This document shows, piece by piece, positions 38,040 through 51,066 of a stretch of 64,000 nucleotides of DNA; position 1 is the stretch's first letter; each line of letters starts with the position of its first letter. The DNA lies in assembly GCF_006345805.1 (NCBI RefSeq), contig NC_042997.1, positions 99,200,001-99,264,000 of the forward strand, given 5' to 3'. The notes beneath the pieces are model-generated. The model was given only the letters and a program-made list of their open reading frames with translations. It had not been told where the DNA came from and ran no database searches. The stretch is from Octopus sinensis. Lineage: Eukaryota. Position numbers and translations under genes: made by a program.

Positions 38040-39600
38040 TCTTGTTAACCGAAATATTATAAAAGACAGAAAAAAATTAAGAAAACAGACATTAGCATAG
38101 CATAAATCGATTACTGGAAAGCATTTGATAGCATCCCAGACTTTTGAGTACGGAAGTTATTCTATATAAATATTGCAGTTCCAATGACAACAAAGTATAT
38201 TAGCCGTGTTATATTAAAATTAGAGCAATCATATTACTATAAGATAAAAACAATTTAATTAAACCCAATCCTATGTTCATAAGCGGAGAAATATTTCGGA
38301 AATATACTCCTTAACCAATGCCTTGCCAAACCCCATCTGCTGAACGAAACCTGCAAAGGTTTCAGATGTTACAGGCAAAATATGAGCCGTAATCTCTATG
38401 GTGATGACGTAAAACTATTACAAAAGGACAATACTTATCCGGGGAAAGTATCGAAATCCGCTTAAAATTCAGGATGTAAATTTGAACGTGAGAACACACG
38501 TATCAGTCGCAACTGCTACAAGACGAGGGAATGTAACTAAAACTGAGACCGTTGGATTAGATCTAGATTCTTAAGTCAGAGAATGAGAAGAGAATGAGTC
38601 ATACAAATATTTGAATAACTGGTAATATAGTGTACACAGGATGTAGGCAATGAGAAAAGTGTACGACAGAAGTGTCAGAGTGATATTAAAATAGAGAATC
38701 AATGCTACATGTAATATAACAGATGTACGTACAACTGAAGTCCAAGTCATAGACTACAGCTGCAGCATAATAAAATCGGAAGTTAAGTAAATTGAAGAGC
38801 ACAGACAGAATACGTGGCAAACTACAACCTCTGTACTAAAGCTAATATATATAGGATACAAGACGGTAAGCTGGCAGAAAAATGCTTAGCTAATATATAC
38901 ATAGGATATAAGGCGGGGGAAATTCTTAGCGGCATTTTTTCCACATTTACTTCTGAGTTCAATTTCCGCCGAGATCTTCAATCCTTTCGGACTCCATAAA
39001 ATAAATACCAGTTGAGCACTGGGGTCGACATAATCAACTAGGCCTCTTTCCTGAAATTACTGGCCTTAAAACCAATATATGTAGGATATGTCTACATCTG
39101 ACCGAAGTCGATCAAGTTTTGATACAAATAGAGAATTACTATAAAGTAACTAAAATGGAATCTGAAATATACCATGAGGCAAACGAAGGAAAACTAAATA
39201 TATAACTAGAAGATAACTACACTGACAACAAATGTCTAAGGAACAAGAACAGAAAATAGTTTAAAAGAAAAAATAAAATGATACAATCATAACGGAATTC
39301 TAAGATATATTAAAATATAATTGAAGACAAAAATGATGCAATGACAAATAAATCGCAAAACTCGACAGAGAAGAATAAGCTTCAGGAGAAGCCAATAATG
39401 GACTGAAAGTAGAAATGAACAGTTTGAATTTACATGAACATGATCAAGACCTAGCCAGAATCGACTTCAACAATAAAAATGATGACACAATACGGTAGCG
39501 TAAGTGCTGACTGTGTAATTAGTACAAACAAAGCAATTAACCATATTGTTCCAGACTGACCTCTCCTTGCAAAGTCGTAGAATGTCTAAAGATATGACTG
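38040..39600 (+). mobile_element. Decayed R4/Dong-like (REL-endonuclease clade) LINE RT, interrupted by a family A SINE (38865-39075)
   Basis: ISIA*IDYWKAFDSIP (38091-38138), MSRNLYGDDVKLL (38382-38420), YKYL and INHIVPD*PLLAK (decayed CCHC). Confidence 0.7.
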
Positions 39601-39679
39601 AGTCGGTGATATGTCCTCTGCTAAATATACCTGTATATGGCAACACACGCACACACAGGTGAGCACATAAATGCAAAAC

Positions 39680-39885
39680 GAGGCGGAAAAAAATACTACT
39701 CGAATACCAAAGGTAGACTAATGTGCTTTTTATTAAAGCTGCAAAATTATCTCAGAACAGTTCCTCAGGGTTTTCCGTTTCCGTTCGTCGGACAGTAGTG
39801 ATAAATACTTATTTAAATATTTATCACAACTGTCCAAGGAACGGAAACGTGAAACTTCGAATAAGAATTCTCTGATAAATTTACG
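39680..39885. mobile_element. Inverted pair of PLE terminal fragments with decayed hammerheads
   Basis: Minus strand actgt-CCGACGA-acggaaacgg-AAAAC-cctga-GGA-actgtt; plus strand aactgt-CCAAGGA-acggaaacgt-GAAAC-ttcga-ATA; palindrome centre tgataaata..tatttatca. Confidence 0.5.
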
Positions 39886-40089
39886 TCACAAACCGTAAAC
39901 AACATGAAATACGAAAACAAATGAGTTGAATATGCAAACGAGAGAAACAAATGTAAAACAGTACAAATAATATAAAGAACGATCCTTCATCAGTTATCGG
40001 TGTCCATCTGCTCGTCATTTCGAGCATTGGTGCTGGAGGAGTAGAGACTCTTCGAGGTACTCTATTGCATCAGTTTGCTTTGTTATGGA

Positions 40090-41095
40090 GTTTGGCTTGA
40101 GACTTTTGTTGTATTAGTGTGTGTATTGTGTTATGTGTGTAATGCGAGTTGTGTCTCTTTTGATGGGCAGAGTACATATCGTGAATATTGTATATCTTAT
40201 TGGATATTCACTGTATAGAGTGTCGTGTATTTGGGGATTAATTTATTTGGTTTGTTCTATTGAATTGATAGTGATTTGCGTAGGATGTGAACTGTCTGTT
40301 CTTCTGTAATATTCTCTTCAAATTTTTTATTTCATTTCTGTGTGATGTATTTTAGCTATTTGGTCAATTACTAGATATTTGTAAGGGAAATTGTGGTTTA
40401 ATTCCTTGATTTTTCCATCTATGGCAAGTGCAGTCTTTTCAGTTTTGATTAATTTGCCACTTTCCAATGTCATTTTAGTACATATATCCAATAACATTCT
40501 GATCCTGATGTTCTTACTGAGGCTAAGGACAATTTTGGCAAAGCTTTGTAATCAGTGTTCTTCGCAAAAAAATTTAAGTCATCCATATATATATGATTTA
40601 TCGTTTGTCCATAGCATCTGTAACCCATAAGTGGCTCAACGAGTCTCCTGGGAAATTTCCTTTTCTTATGGCAGGTTTTAATGGCTTGTGACTATTGATA
40701 TGGTTTTCTTATTTACGTTTCTGTAAAATGTGTTTATTTTAAGTCCTGTATTTTGTTGGAATAAGCGTTCGTCGTGTGTTCCATACCGCTGCGTGCGGCA
40801 AGATTTTGCTGGTTGTGCACAGCTTGAGTTTTCCTTTCACCTACCTGGTGTCTTTTTTTTTTATCTTTTATGTTGTATTTTTATGTTACATAGATCTTAT
40901 TTTCTTTTCCATTTCCTCTAATTCACAAAGTAGGGATATCTCTCTTTTGTTTTTTATATTTTCTTTCCGTTTTGGGGTTTGGGATTTCGCTGGGGTTTTT
41001 ATCTTTATAAAGGTTGAGTCAAGTTTCCCTGCATATTACTGCAGCTACTCAATAGATCAGGTCGTTTTGTCTGTTGATATCCAGGGTTTCTCTGC
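40090..41095 (-). mobile_element. Decayed R4/Dong-like LINE RT
   Basis: IRKGNFPGDSLSH (cf. GIFQGDSLSP) and INH..YMDDLNFFAKN at ~40560-40670. Confidence 0.65.
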
Positions 41096-41239
41096 ATGTG
41101 GTCATTATTTATTGTTGTTGCTGCTGCAATTGCTGTGACGAAAAAGTAGTTTGAATACGAGCAAAGGTTGTAATAGTGATTGACAATAACAGCATCATTT
41201 TATGAGTTTTCCCATAGAGACTGATTATTCTGTTAAAGC

Positions 41240-41525
41240 AGTGGGACCAGGTATGATAGGGGAACCGGGAAAAAAAACAATGTATGATCATAGACTCCGC
41301 AAAACTATGACAGTAGAGTGGATATCAAGAAAATTGAAAAAAATGATAAATGTCTGAGGTGACGCCATTGCGAAACATAAGGTTAAAAATTGCTCCTGTG
41401 GAAATTCGTGCGTTTGACACTAAAGCCGAACTTCTATCTCAGACGCTCAAGTTTACCGTCGATCTGAAAAAAAGCTCTATCCTGTATATTGCAATAATCA
41501 TAAGAAGGATTCTTAATATTTGAGG
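41240..41525 (+). mobile_element. REL-type LINE C-terminal (endonuclease) remnant
   Basis: CMIID..D.RV..K..EK..K, PV.I.A and IIRRILNI* patterns. Confidence 0.45.
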
Positions 41526-41577
41526 AGAGTTATCAAATCTTAGATTAACATCCCTATTAATTAAATTAACTGTCAAC

Positions 41578-41744
41578 AGAAGAAGAAGAAGAAGAAGAAG
41601 AAGAAGAAGAAGAAGAAGAAGAAGAAGAAGAAGAAGAAGAAGAAGAAGAAGAAGAAGAGAAGAAGAAGAAGAAGAAGAAGAAGAAGAAAGAGAAGAAGAA
41701 GAAGATGAAGAAGAAGAAGATGAAGAAGAAGAAGATGAAGAAGA
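41578..41744. repeat. (GAA)n microsatellite
   Basis: Read directly from the sequence. Confidence 0.95.
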
Positions 41745-41961
41745 ATGGTTTCAAATTTTGCCACAAGGGCAGCCGTTTTTGGAAAGGGGATAAGTCGATT
41801 ACATAGACCCCCAGTGTTTCACTCGTACTTAATTTATCGATCCTTAAAGGATGAAAGGCAAAATCGACCTCGGCGGAATTTGAACTCAGAACGTAGCGAC
41901 GGGCGATATACCGCTTAACATTTCGTCCAGCGTGCTAACGATTTTGCCAGTTCTCCGCCTT
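41745..41961 (-). mobile_element. SINE family A
   Basis: Family consensus. Confidence 0.85.
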
Positions 41962-42388
41962 AGATAATAATAATAATGATGATGATACAGAATCGAATAA
42001 CACTTTATAGATTTGGTTTGATATTTTATTGATTTCTACTTTATATTAGCAATTTATTTCAAATATTAACACTAGTCACTGATTTGCTACAAAGTTCAAA
42101 CAGTCATACAAAAGAGAGGCCGAATTGAGAACAGAAAATATTGACCCAAAACAATAAAAGATAAAATGATGGAAATGAAACCCGTATCATTCGACTAGAG
42201 GCTACAAGAATAATCACTAATTTGATACATAAAATACAAAAAAATGAAATCTCTCTAGAATTAATCTGGTACCGATTGAAAGATAGCTATGAAAATAAAG
42301 GTTTTGATGTTACTCCTGAAGTCCAAGAAATAACACAGAAAAGGCAGAACTGGTGATGAGAGGAATAGGTTTCTATACTACATGCATA

Positions 42389-42933
42389 CAGTAATACCTC
42401 ACTTTACGAGGCCCCGCTTTGCGAGACCCTGGGGTTGCGAGTTTTATATTTCAAGTACAAGATCCAAATTTTGAACGAAGTGCGAAAGTTTCAACTATCA
42501 ATACAAATGCATCTGCATGTTACCAAGAAATGTATAGAGACCGAAAAACAAAGGCTTCTTCCGAGCAAATAACCGTAGACTTGTATTTTAAAAAGAAGTT
42601 TACAAGTCCGTCTACGAGTGCTTGTAAATGGGCGATCGCGTCTACAAGTGAAGGTGTGCGCGAGTATGTGCGAGTGAAGGGGATTCAGAATACGGTAATA
42701 ATGATAATAACTTTTTATATGCGATCTTGATATTCTCTTTACTTTACATAAAATATTCTTTACCTTCTACTGTTGTTTTATTGCAATTTATTTACGAGTA
42801 TTATAAATTTTATTGGTAAAATATTTTTCTGGGAACAGATTACATTTTATAACATTGCTACTATGGAAAATTATTGCTCTGCTTTACGAGTGGTCTCCGG
42901 GAACAAATTAACTTGAATATCGAGGCATTTCTG
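42389..42933. mobile_element. pogo/Tigger-like MITE
   Basis: TA|CAGTAATACCTC ... CGAGGCATTTCTG|TA termini; subterminal ctttacgag repeats. Confidence 0.6.
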
Positions 42934-43079
42934 TATTTGAGGGATATATTTTATTCTAAAAACGTACGCATCACAATATACACATGTAATTTCAAAAGAA
43001 AAATAAGCTATGATAAAAAATGAATCGAGTATCATAATACTAGCTAATTTAAGAAAATGCGTTATCAAAGCAATAAAGT

Positions 43080-43692
43080 AGATTTCAATTTTTGGCACAA
43101 GGCCAGCAATTTCGAGTGAGAAGGTACGTCGATTGTATCGTCCTCAGTTTTTAACTGGTACTTATTTTGTCAACCTCAAAAGGATGAAAGGTGAAGTCGG
43201 CTTCGGCGGGATTTGTGCTCAGAATGTAAAGGCGAATGAAATGCTGTTAAGTATTTTGCTCAGCGTGCTAACGAATCTGCAAGTTCGCTGCTTTTTAAAG
43301 GCCAGCAATTTCGGGGGTGGCAATAAGTGAATTACATCGACCCCCGTGCTCAACTAGCACTTATTTTATCGGTTTCGAAAGGGAGACAGGTAAAGTTGAC
43401 CTCGGTGGAATTTGAACCCAGAATGTAAAGACGGACGAAATGCCGTTAAGTATTTTGCCACTTCACCGCTTTATAAATAATCCTTTCTACTAAAGGCACA
43501 AGGCCTGAAACTTTAGGGGCGGAGCCTAGTCGATTACATCGACCCCAGTGTTACACTGGTACTTATTTTATCGACCCCGAAAGGAAGAAAGGCAGAGTCG
43601 ACTTCGGTGGGATTTGAACTCAGAATGTAAAGACGGACGAAATGCCGCTAAGCATTTTCCCTGCATGCTAACGATTCTGCCAGTTCGCCGTT
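43080..43692 (-). mobile_element. Cluster of three SINE family A copies
   Basis: Repeated family consensus at ~43080, 43298 and 43478. Confidence 0.85.
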
Positions 43693-44384
43693 TTATAAAT
43701 AATAATATTGAAAATATAAGTAATGAAAAACACAAACAAAAAGTTAACACCAACAATAAAAACATTAAATACATCAACAATGAAAACCAAACTCAAGTAA
43801 ACCAAAGTAAATGGCGAAACAAATTCCTGGCTTACCTTCAGAATACCGATGCAAGTGAAACAATAACCACATAAACTAAAATATGAATAAAAGTGAATAT
43901 GAACGCCATTGAAATATCAAAAATTCTAAGATGGATATTTTGAATATATCAATAATCTAAAAGAAAAGAGAGTTGAATATATTAATGGACAGATTTTCAT
44001 ATGGAGCAAAGAAATTCCCTTCGAAAGATAAAATTCTTAACGATAGAATGGCATCAGTAAAAGATACAAACTAAAAGTAATAGCAGTCTGAATGGAATTT
44101 GATAACAACGTTATTGTCAACCGAATAAATGAAATGTAAGAGGTGCAATAGTAGGTATAACAAAACGAAAAATTTACTAAACCACTCAGGTAGAAATGTA
44201 GATGCGTTTACGCGAGTGTATGTGTGTAAGTGAGTATGTGGGGGTGGCGGTATATACCCAAACCAGCAAAGTGAAAAACAAAAAAATATAGGAAATAAGT
44301 TAAGCGATCCCTTAATCCCCAGTTAAATCAACAAGGGAATATTTGAAAGAGACAGACAAATACAGCAGACATATAAGATATTAT

Positions 44385-44779
44385 AAATATATATATAAAC
44401 CTGAAGTTGTCTGTGTAAGGCAGGTTTGGTAGCCTTCAACTAACAATATCTCCTCCGAGACCCTGCGGCGCAAGTTGACCAAAATTAAGAGTATGATAGA
44501 AGAAGGCTTTTCCTTCCGTAGAAGATAAAATTCAAATCGGACCATGTTAACACCAAAAATTATTTACATCAAAAAGGTGCTTTTATTTCTATGAAAATCC
44601 CTTTTTTTACGGTTTTTTGACTGCTTTGTCGCCATTTTTCGGTGTATTTCAACCAGGAAAATGTTCACTTAAAGAGAATAACAATCTACATAATGCAAAC
44701 ATTTTACTTTTCAAAAATTTCAATTCTAAAGGGTCGAAAAACGAAAAACACCCAAGCAACGCCGGGCGACACTGCTAGT
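44385..44779 (+). mobile_element. Non-autonomous Helitron-like element
   Basis: 5' (TA)nAAAC..ttgtctgt; 3' gcaacgccgggcgacactgCTAG|T; TA-rich flanks. Confidence 0.65.
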
Positions 44780-45393
44780 ATATATATATATATTTGAACA
44801 AATGCCAGAAATTATATAACATATACGAAGGTAGTGTTAGAAATCAAGGAACTTCTTTGAAAAAATTGTCCTCATTAGCTCAGAAACAGTCATTATAGTC
44901 GTTTAGTTGTCGTTATAGCAGCTAAAAATACGTCTTAAGCAAAAAGAACGATCTGATCCCGATCCAAAACGGGTTTAGAACGATTTTGTCGAAAAATAAG
45001 AACTAAGAAACAATGTTGCACCAATGTAAGTAAAGTAGCAAGATATGGTGCAGGGGAAGAAATAAAGCGAATGAATTACTTGAGAAGATAATTTTCAAAA
45101 CATTTGTTACTTTTAAAGAGTCGTGGAAACGATTACCAACACAAGAAGTAACACACCCACAAAAAACATAAACAAGTGGGTGAGGAGTAAAATGACCTAC
45201 TAAAAGAGCCAGCCACAGCTGCTGAGTAGCCCAGTGAGAGAAAATCACTTCAAACTGGATCAAGAACACAGCGAATATCCAAATCCGTTAATCCATAATC
45301 TACTTATATGCAAGATAGGATGAATAAATCTGCAATAGCATCGCACAGAATGATTTGCTGGAAAAAGAAACTCTGCTGTGCGTGTTACTCCGT

Positions 45394-45455
<62 letters not shown>

Positions 45456-45460
45456 ATCTG

Positions 45461-45495
<35 letters not shown>

Positions 45496-45594
45496 GTAAT
45501 TTGCTGATGACAAAATAAACGAAGACTGCAGAAAGAACCCCTAGATTCTGAGATCATTAGCCATGAATAAGGTAACACCTCTGACAATAAAAGA

Positions 45595-47360
45595 AACATT
45601 CCAAGCGGGTCTCCTCTCTACGCTTTGTTTGTGCTTAGCATTAACACTTTTAACTAACACTACAAATTACGTAATCCTCGAGTACAAATGCTGTACAAGG
45701 ACAACTATATTTTACAAATAGATAACATTCAGAAGCACGGTGCATATAACAAACTAGAAACAGTAATAGCTAAAGTGCACGTCCTGGTAATCATAAAGAG
45801 AGAGAAAATATTAAAACTATCAATATGAGAGAATGCCACCAAACACAAGCTTTCAAATACTTAAGTATTAATGAACTAAACAGCAAATGTTTACACGATG
45901 TAAAGGAAATGTTAGGAAGGAATATTAGAGGCACATTAGGTTAATACTTAAAATAGTGCTATGTTACAAAATATGGTGTTCAACTTGTTCTAGTAATAAA
46001 TTGTCATAATATTCTCAAGTGGACGGTAAATGAATTAGCAAGGCGAGACAGTAATACAAGAAATGTAATAACTACATTTAAAATACGCTACCCAGATACC
46101 GAGAGCTTTTCTGCAACAATATCATAAAATATGTACTGTACTGTAGAAATATCTGTAACGAATATAGGCAGTCTAATGCAACTAGCTTCAAAACATGGAT
46201 AAAACCAATTCTGTTTTATGTTTTCGTAGAAGCCAATAAAATTAATACAGAAATTGTGGCTAAAGAAGAGTTGTGTAGAGAAAGGAAGACACAGTGTATC
46301 TGAGCGGTTATAGTGTATCTGAGCATTGTATAAAATAAGCTCATTATTATATTACATAGAAAATATTTAAAACAAAACACTAATACGTCAGTCGATAATG
46401 GAATTGCATATCACGTTAAGACGGAGGCAAGAAATGCACCGACAAAGCGCATATCCTATACATGATACCGCAAGTCGGCAAGGAAAACTAATTAGCCTTG
46501 TGTTAAAAGTAGGGGATTGTTTTTTCTGGGGGTTTTTTTTTGTTTTTTTTTTTTTTGAGGACCGAAATTAAAACCAAGATCCCACATCATTAAAACATAG
46601 TCGATCTACCAGCCAGAAATATTGTCAAATCTTTACGCCAACTTAAAATGAGCATTAGTCAAGGTACTAGTACATATACTGTAACTTTAAAAAATAGCAA
46701 CGGCTCAAATGCCTATTTCTTTATTGCCCACGAGGGGCTAAACACAGAGGGGACAAACAAGGACAGACAAACGGATTAAGTCGATTACCTCGACCCCAGT
46801 GCGTAACTGGTACTTAATTTATCGACCCCGAAAGGATGAAAGGCAAACACGACCTCGGCAGAATTTGAACTCAAAACGTAACGGCAGACGAAATAAGTTA
46901 GCATTTCGCCCGGCGTGCTAACGTTTCTGCCGCTTCGCCACCAACGACTCAAATACCTTTCATTATAAGTTCACTGAATCAATGAACTGGAGCTTAACAA
47001 TAACAACGAAAAACATACAAGACAGCAGAATACAATAATTTATTGCAAAATATAGGAAAGATGTGAAAACATTATCCATCATATTGTCTGGCAGATCAGA
47101 TTTACCAAAGGGATACACACACAAGTACATATAAATGTATGTATATACAATCTTAAACCGAGTTCCGTAAACTACATTTATATACCTGAATCATTTTAGG
47201 TAGCACTCACGCAATTAGTTTGAGACAAGACTGTGTTGAAAACAACAGGACGACCTTTCCGTGAGAGTTAAGAAAGCTATCAAAAATACAAACGAAGTTT
47301 GCATGATATAAATGGAGATAAACAATGATAGACAGTCCAATTATATGTCTGCTGGAGCTA
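45595..47360 (+). mobile_element. Decayed R4/Dong-like LINE
   Basis: FQAGLLSTLCLCLAL (cf. FQGDSLSPLLFCLAL), FKYLSINE (cf. YKYLGI.E), and decayed HII.GC..L.K..Y and K.SKY motifs. Confidence 0.5.
46714..46942 (-). mobile_element. Full single SINE family A with ~16-bp TSD
   Basis: Flanks caacggctcaaatgcct and caacgactcaaatacct. Confidence 0.88.
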
Positions 47361-47569
47361 AATTAGGTAACATGGAGTGGTGGGTCGCTTTGATGTAATG
47401 GTTTTCGCGATCAAGCATTATTCCACAGCTGAGAGATACACTTCCTGTGAGTGATCTTGTCCGCTTCCCCCCCCCCCCCATCTAATGCCTTGCTGGTGAA
47501 TGTACTTAAATGTCAATCGCTTAACACACGCAAACACGTACTCACATACAGAGACATAAATATAAATAT

Positions 47570-47755
47570 ATATTTCCCTCCGTCTTCCCTTCCTTGGATC
47601 TTTCCTTTTTCTATGATTCTGAAGAAGAGCTCCACTCGCAACGTTAAATCCTCCTTCTTTCTTTCCTTTCCTGAGCGTCCAATAACACTATACTTGTTCC
47701 ACGTCCTCGCGTTGTTGTGTTTTCTCTTTGTGTTTTCATGTTTGGATTAACTTCA
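47570..47755 (+). mobile_element. PLE terminal-repeat remnant with a decayed minimal hammerhead (47619-47645)
   Basis: CTGAAGA-AGAGCTCCACTC-GCAAC-GTT; the downstream ctgagcgtccaataacac resembles 7707-7730; ends in (TA)n. Confidence 0.5.
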
Positions 47756-48056
47756 TATATATATATATACATAAAGGTGGATAGATGGTAAAACAATGGG
47801 AAGGAAACAGACCATGACAAATTGACATGGAAGCAATTGACACGGAAGCAATTCTGCGTATGTTTGGCTAACTGATTACAAAGACAGAAAGTATTCCGGA
47901 TCATTCAACTGGAAGCTAAAGCTACCCATACAGAGTTTAACAGTTGTTTATTGGTCCAGAGTATCCTACAAATCTGTTTATGTATCACTAGTACAATTAG
48001 CACATATTACGCAGTGTATCGCTTCGTAAACAAAAAGGGTAGCTGAAAACATTATA

Positions 48057-48270
48057 ACACGGGTTTCAACATCGTGGTTATTTATTAACAATAGGAAGTA
48101 CATTGTGTAACATATTGCAAGACTCCACACTGTTACGTATCTAGGCCGATTTTCACCGTGATATTCGACTGTCGTCCGACGAAGTGCAATGCGAATTTAC
48201 GTAATCTGCAATATGTTATGTAATGTACTTTGTATTTGTAATAAATAACCATTACCATTGAAACGCGTGT
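48057..48270. mobile_element. MITE-like foldback with ~63-bp imperfect TIRs
   Basis: acacgggtttcaa..tggttatttatta..aagtacatt..taacatattgca / tgcaatatgtta..aatgtactt..taataaataacca..ttgaaacgcgtgt. Confidence 0.7.
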
Positions 48271-48384
48271 AGTTGTTTTAAGCTAAGCGGTCTTTTTGTT
48301 AATTTATTATCCCTCTCTCTGACACACACAGGCTCCTTCTAGCTATCCCTATCTAACTCTGTGTGTGTGTGTTTATGTACACAT

Positions 48385-48750
48385 AGGCGCAAGGGTGGCT
48401 GTGTGATAAGAAGACTGTTTCTCATCTACATGGTTCCAGTTCCAGTCCCACTGCGTGGCACTTGGAACAACTATCTTCTACTACAGCCTCGAACAGACCA
48501 CAGCCTTGTGAGTAGATTTGTTAGACTGAAACTCAAAGAAGCCCGTTCTACATGTGTGCGTTTGTTTAAGTGTGTATGTGTATGTGTGTGTGTGTGTGCG
48601 TGTCTGTACGTGTCTGTGTCTTTCTGTCTTTCTGCCCCACCAACTACTGACAACTGATGTTGGTGTGTTTACGTCCCCGTAACATATTGGTTCGGCAACA
48701 AAGACCAATAAAATAAGTACCAGGCCTTAAAAAATGCAGCAGGGTCGATT
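48385..48750 (+). mobile_element. SINE family B
   Basis: ggcgcaagggtggctgtgtgataagaag..catggttcc..cagtcccactgcgtggcac, then (TG)n, then ggtgtgtttacgtccccgtaac. Confidence 0.8.
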
Positions 48751-50569
48751 CAGAAAAATACTTAAAATTACACTATACAGGGGTTTACTGCCAGTTTCAC
48801 AGATTTGTACATTTATTCCTTAGTAACTTCGTCTTTTCTTTAGCACCTAAAATACCGCTGTCGTTGTTCAGGGAACATGATCTTCATATAAGTTTGGGTA
48901 GAGATATTTCGCTGTTAATTGGTTCAGGGCTCCTTACTATATTCAATTTCCTTTGTGAAATGAATAACTGGGCGCTAGTTCAAATGCAGTGAACGGTTTC
49001 AGTTACGTCTTCGCAAACATAGGAATACGGAGTGGATTGAAATATTTGTATGAATCGCATATATTCTATGTTATATTTATACTTGTATTCATGCATACGT
49101 TCTATATACACGCATACACGCACAGACACACATGCCCATATCCTGGCGGCAGCTATCAACATGTACGTAATATACGCACGTACATACATGCCCACAGCAC
49201 TCACACACAGACGCACATAAACACACACTTATACACATATACATACACACATTTAATTCTGTTTATCGATTTGTCTGTAGGTGTAATAAATTTTCGTCAT
49301 AGAGATCATCCTACTGACCACGTTGTCACTATGAGGAAGATGTTCAGGCCTGTTGGAGAAATTTATTTTGATTACTTGGCTTATAAGCTGTGTACTAATG
49401 AGCTGATAGTATAAATTAACATTTACATTTTGTTTTTCTGCTAGTTTGATGTATACGCCCATGAAGCGATGATAATTCTAGCATTTACGAATTCATCTCA
49501 TAAGTTGATTGTGTATCAAATTATGTCTGAAGAAGTGAATGAACTCTTAAATTCACAGCATAAAATTGATCAAATTTTATGTCATAGGAAATACATGGCG
49601 GTCGTTTATCAAAACGTAAGTAACAATAATAATTTCTCTTTTTCTTCCATTAAAATGATTGTTATTCAATGAATAAAGATTATTACATACCTATTTGAAA
49701 TACATGCCTATAAATACATGTCCCATAAAACTTGACCAATGTATAAAGGATCATTCTTTTGTTCATCAAAAAGTCTAATCTTTACACAGCTATTACTTGC
49801 TTGCCAGGTTCCCACATGAAGTGCCGCTGAGATGATTGCTTGCATTTTACTTATTACTTCAATTATCATAAAGACACATACATACATGCACACACATATA
49901 GAATACATATATGGGTGTGTGTGTCAATGAATGTATGTATGTGTGCATGAATGTATATGTGTGTGTGCGCGTGCGTGTGTGTAGATAGACAGATGCTTAC
50001 ATGCATACATGCATACATACATACATATATACATACATACATTAATAGTAGAGTCGTTGCTACTTCGCATAAGGTGACGATGACTAGAATACTTTTTAAT
50101 TGATTTCAATCACAAACATTAGCGTTAATGAATTTTCTTCTCAAAAGAGGCAAGAGGGGCAACTTTCAAAATTTTAATTTATGTAAAATACATATGGAGA
50201 TATTGGGAATTTGGTAATCATATATGGCAACTTTGGACACGTCTCAGTATAACTGAGTCTTCTCAACACAGTACAGACAGCTTACAGATTATTGCGCGTG
50301 TGAGAGTGTGCTTGTGTATGTGCGTGTGTGTGTGTGTGATGGGCATCAGCGTGCGTGATAGTGGAAATTAATCCCTGATTAGCCATATTATGCTAACATT
50401 GGCATTTTTCATAAGAAAATCTGCTGCATAAATAACATATAAGTAAGGCAAGGTGACCGCAGTTATAGCAGTGAGGCGGAATTTATATAACAATTATAAC
50501 CAGAAACATCCTTAGCGGTAGTCACACATTTTATGAGAAGGGACAGGTAGAGAACTCTTAGTAAAATAA

Positions 50570-50764
50570 TTGACGAAATGTGAAATGGAAAAGTGCAAAT
50601 AACGAAAGGGATTCTAATATATTTTATAACTGCACATGCAAAACGTATTATAGGCAGTGGTTAGAGTTGACGAAATGTGAAATGGAAAAGTGCAAATAAC
50701 GAAAGGGATTCTAATATATTTTATAACTGCACATGCAAAACGTATTATAGGCAGTGGTTAGAGT
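50570..50764. repeat. Perfect 97-bp tandem duplication
   Basis: ttgacgaaatgtg...ggcagtggttagag starts at 50570 and again at 50667. Confidence 0.92.
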
Positions 50765-51066
50765 GTCGGGCTCACAGTGTAGTGAGTTCGATTCCCAGAC
50801 CAGGCTGTGTGTTGTGTTCTTGAACAAGACACTTTATATCATGTTCAAGTTCATTCAGCAGTACAAGTGAGTTGCGACGTCACTGGTGCCAAGTTGTATC
50901 GGCTTTTACTTTTCCCTTGCATAACATCAATGGCATGAATAGGGGAGGCTGGTATGCATGAGCGACTGCTGGTCTTCCATAAACAACCTTCTCTGGACTT
51001 GTGCCTTGGAGGGGAACTTTCTAGGTACAATCTCAAGGTTATTTATGACCGAAGCGAGTCTTTAAC
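50750..51066 (+). mobile_element. tRNA-derived SINE family D (CORE-like)
   Basis: agtggttagag..gagttcgattcc boxes, then ttcttgaacaagacactt. Confidence 0.75.

Noticed and set aside
39980-40030. CTGATGA with upstream GAAA on the minus strand
   Set aside because: I could not build stems I and III for a type II or III hammerhead.
44824-45290. Possible mariner end (tacgaaggt... terminus)
   Set aside because: No matching second TIR or convincing transposase motif found by eye.
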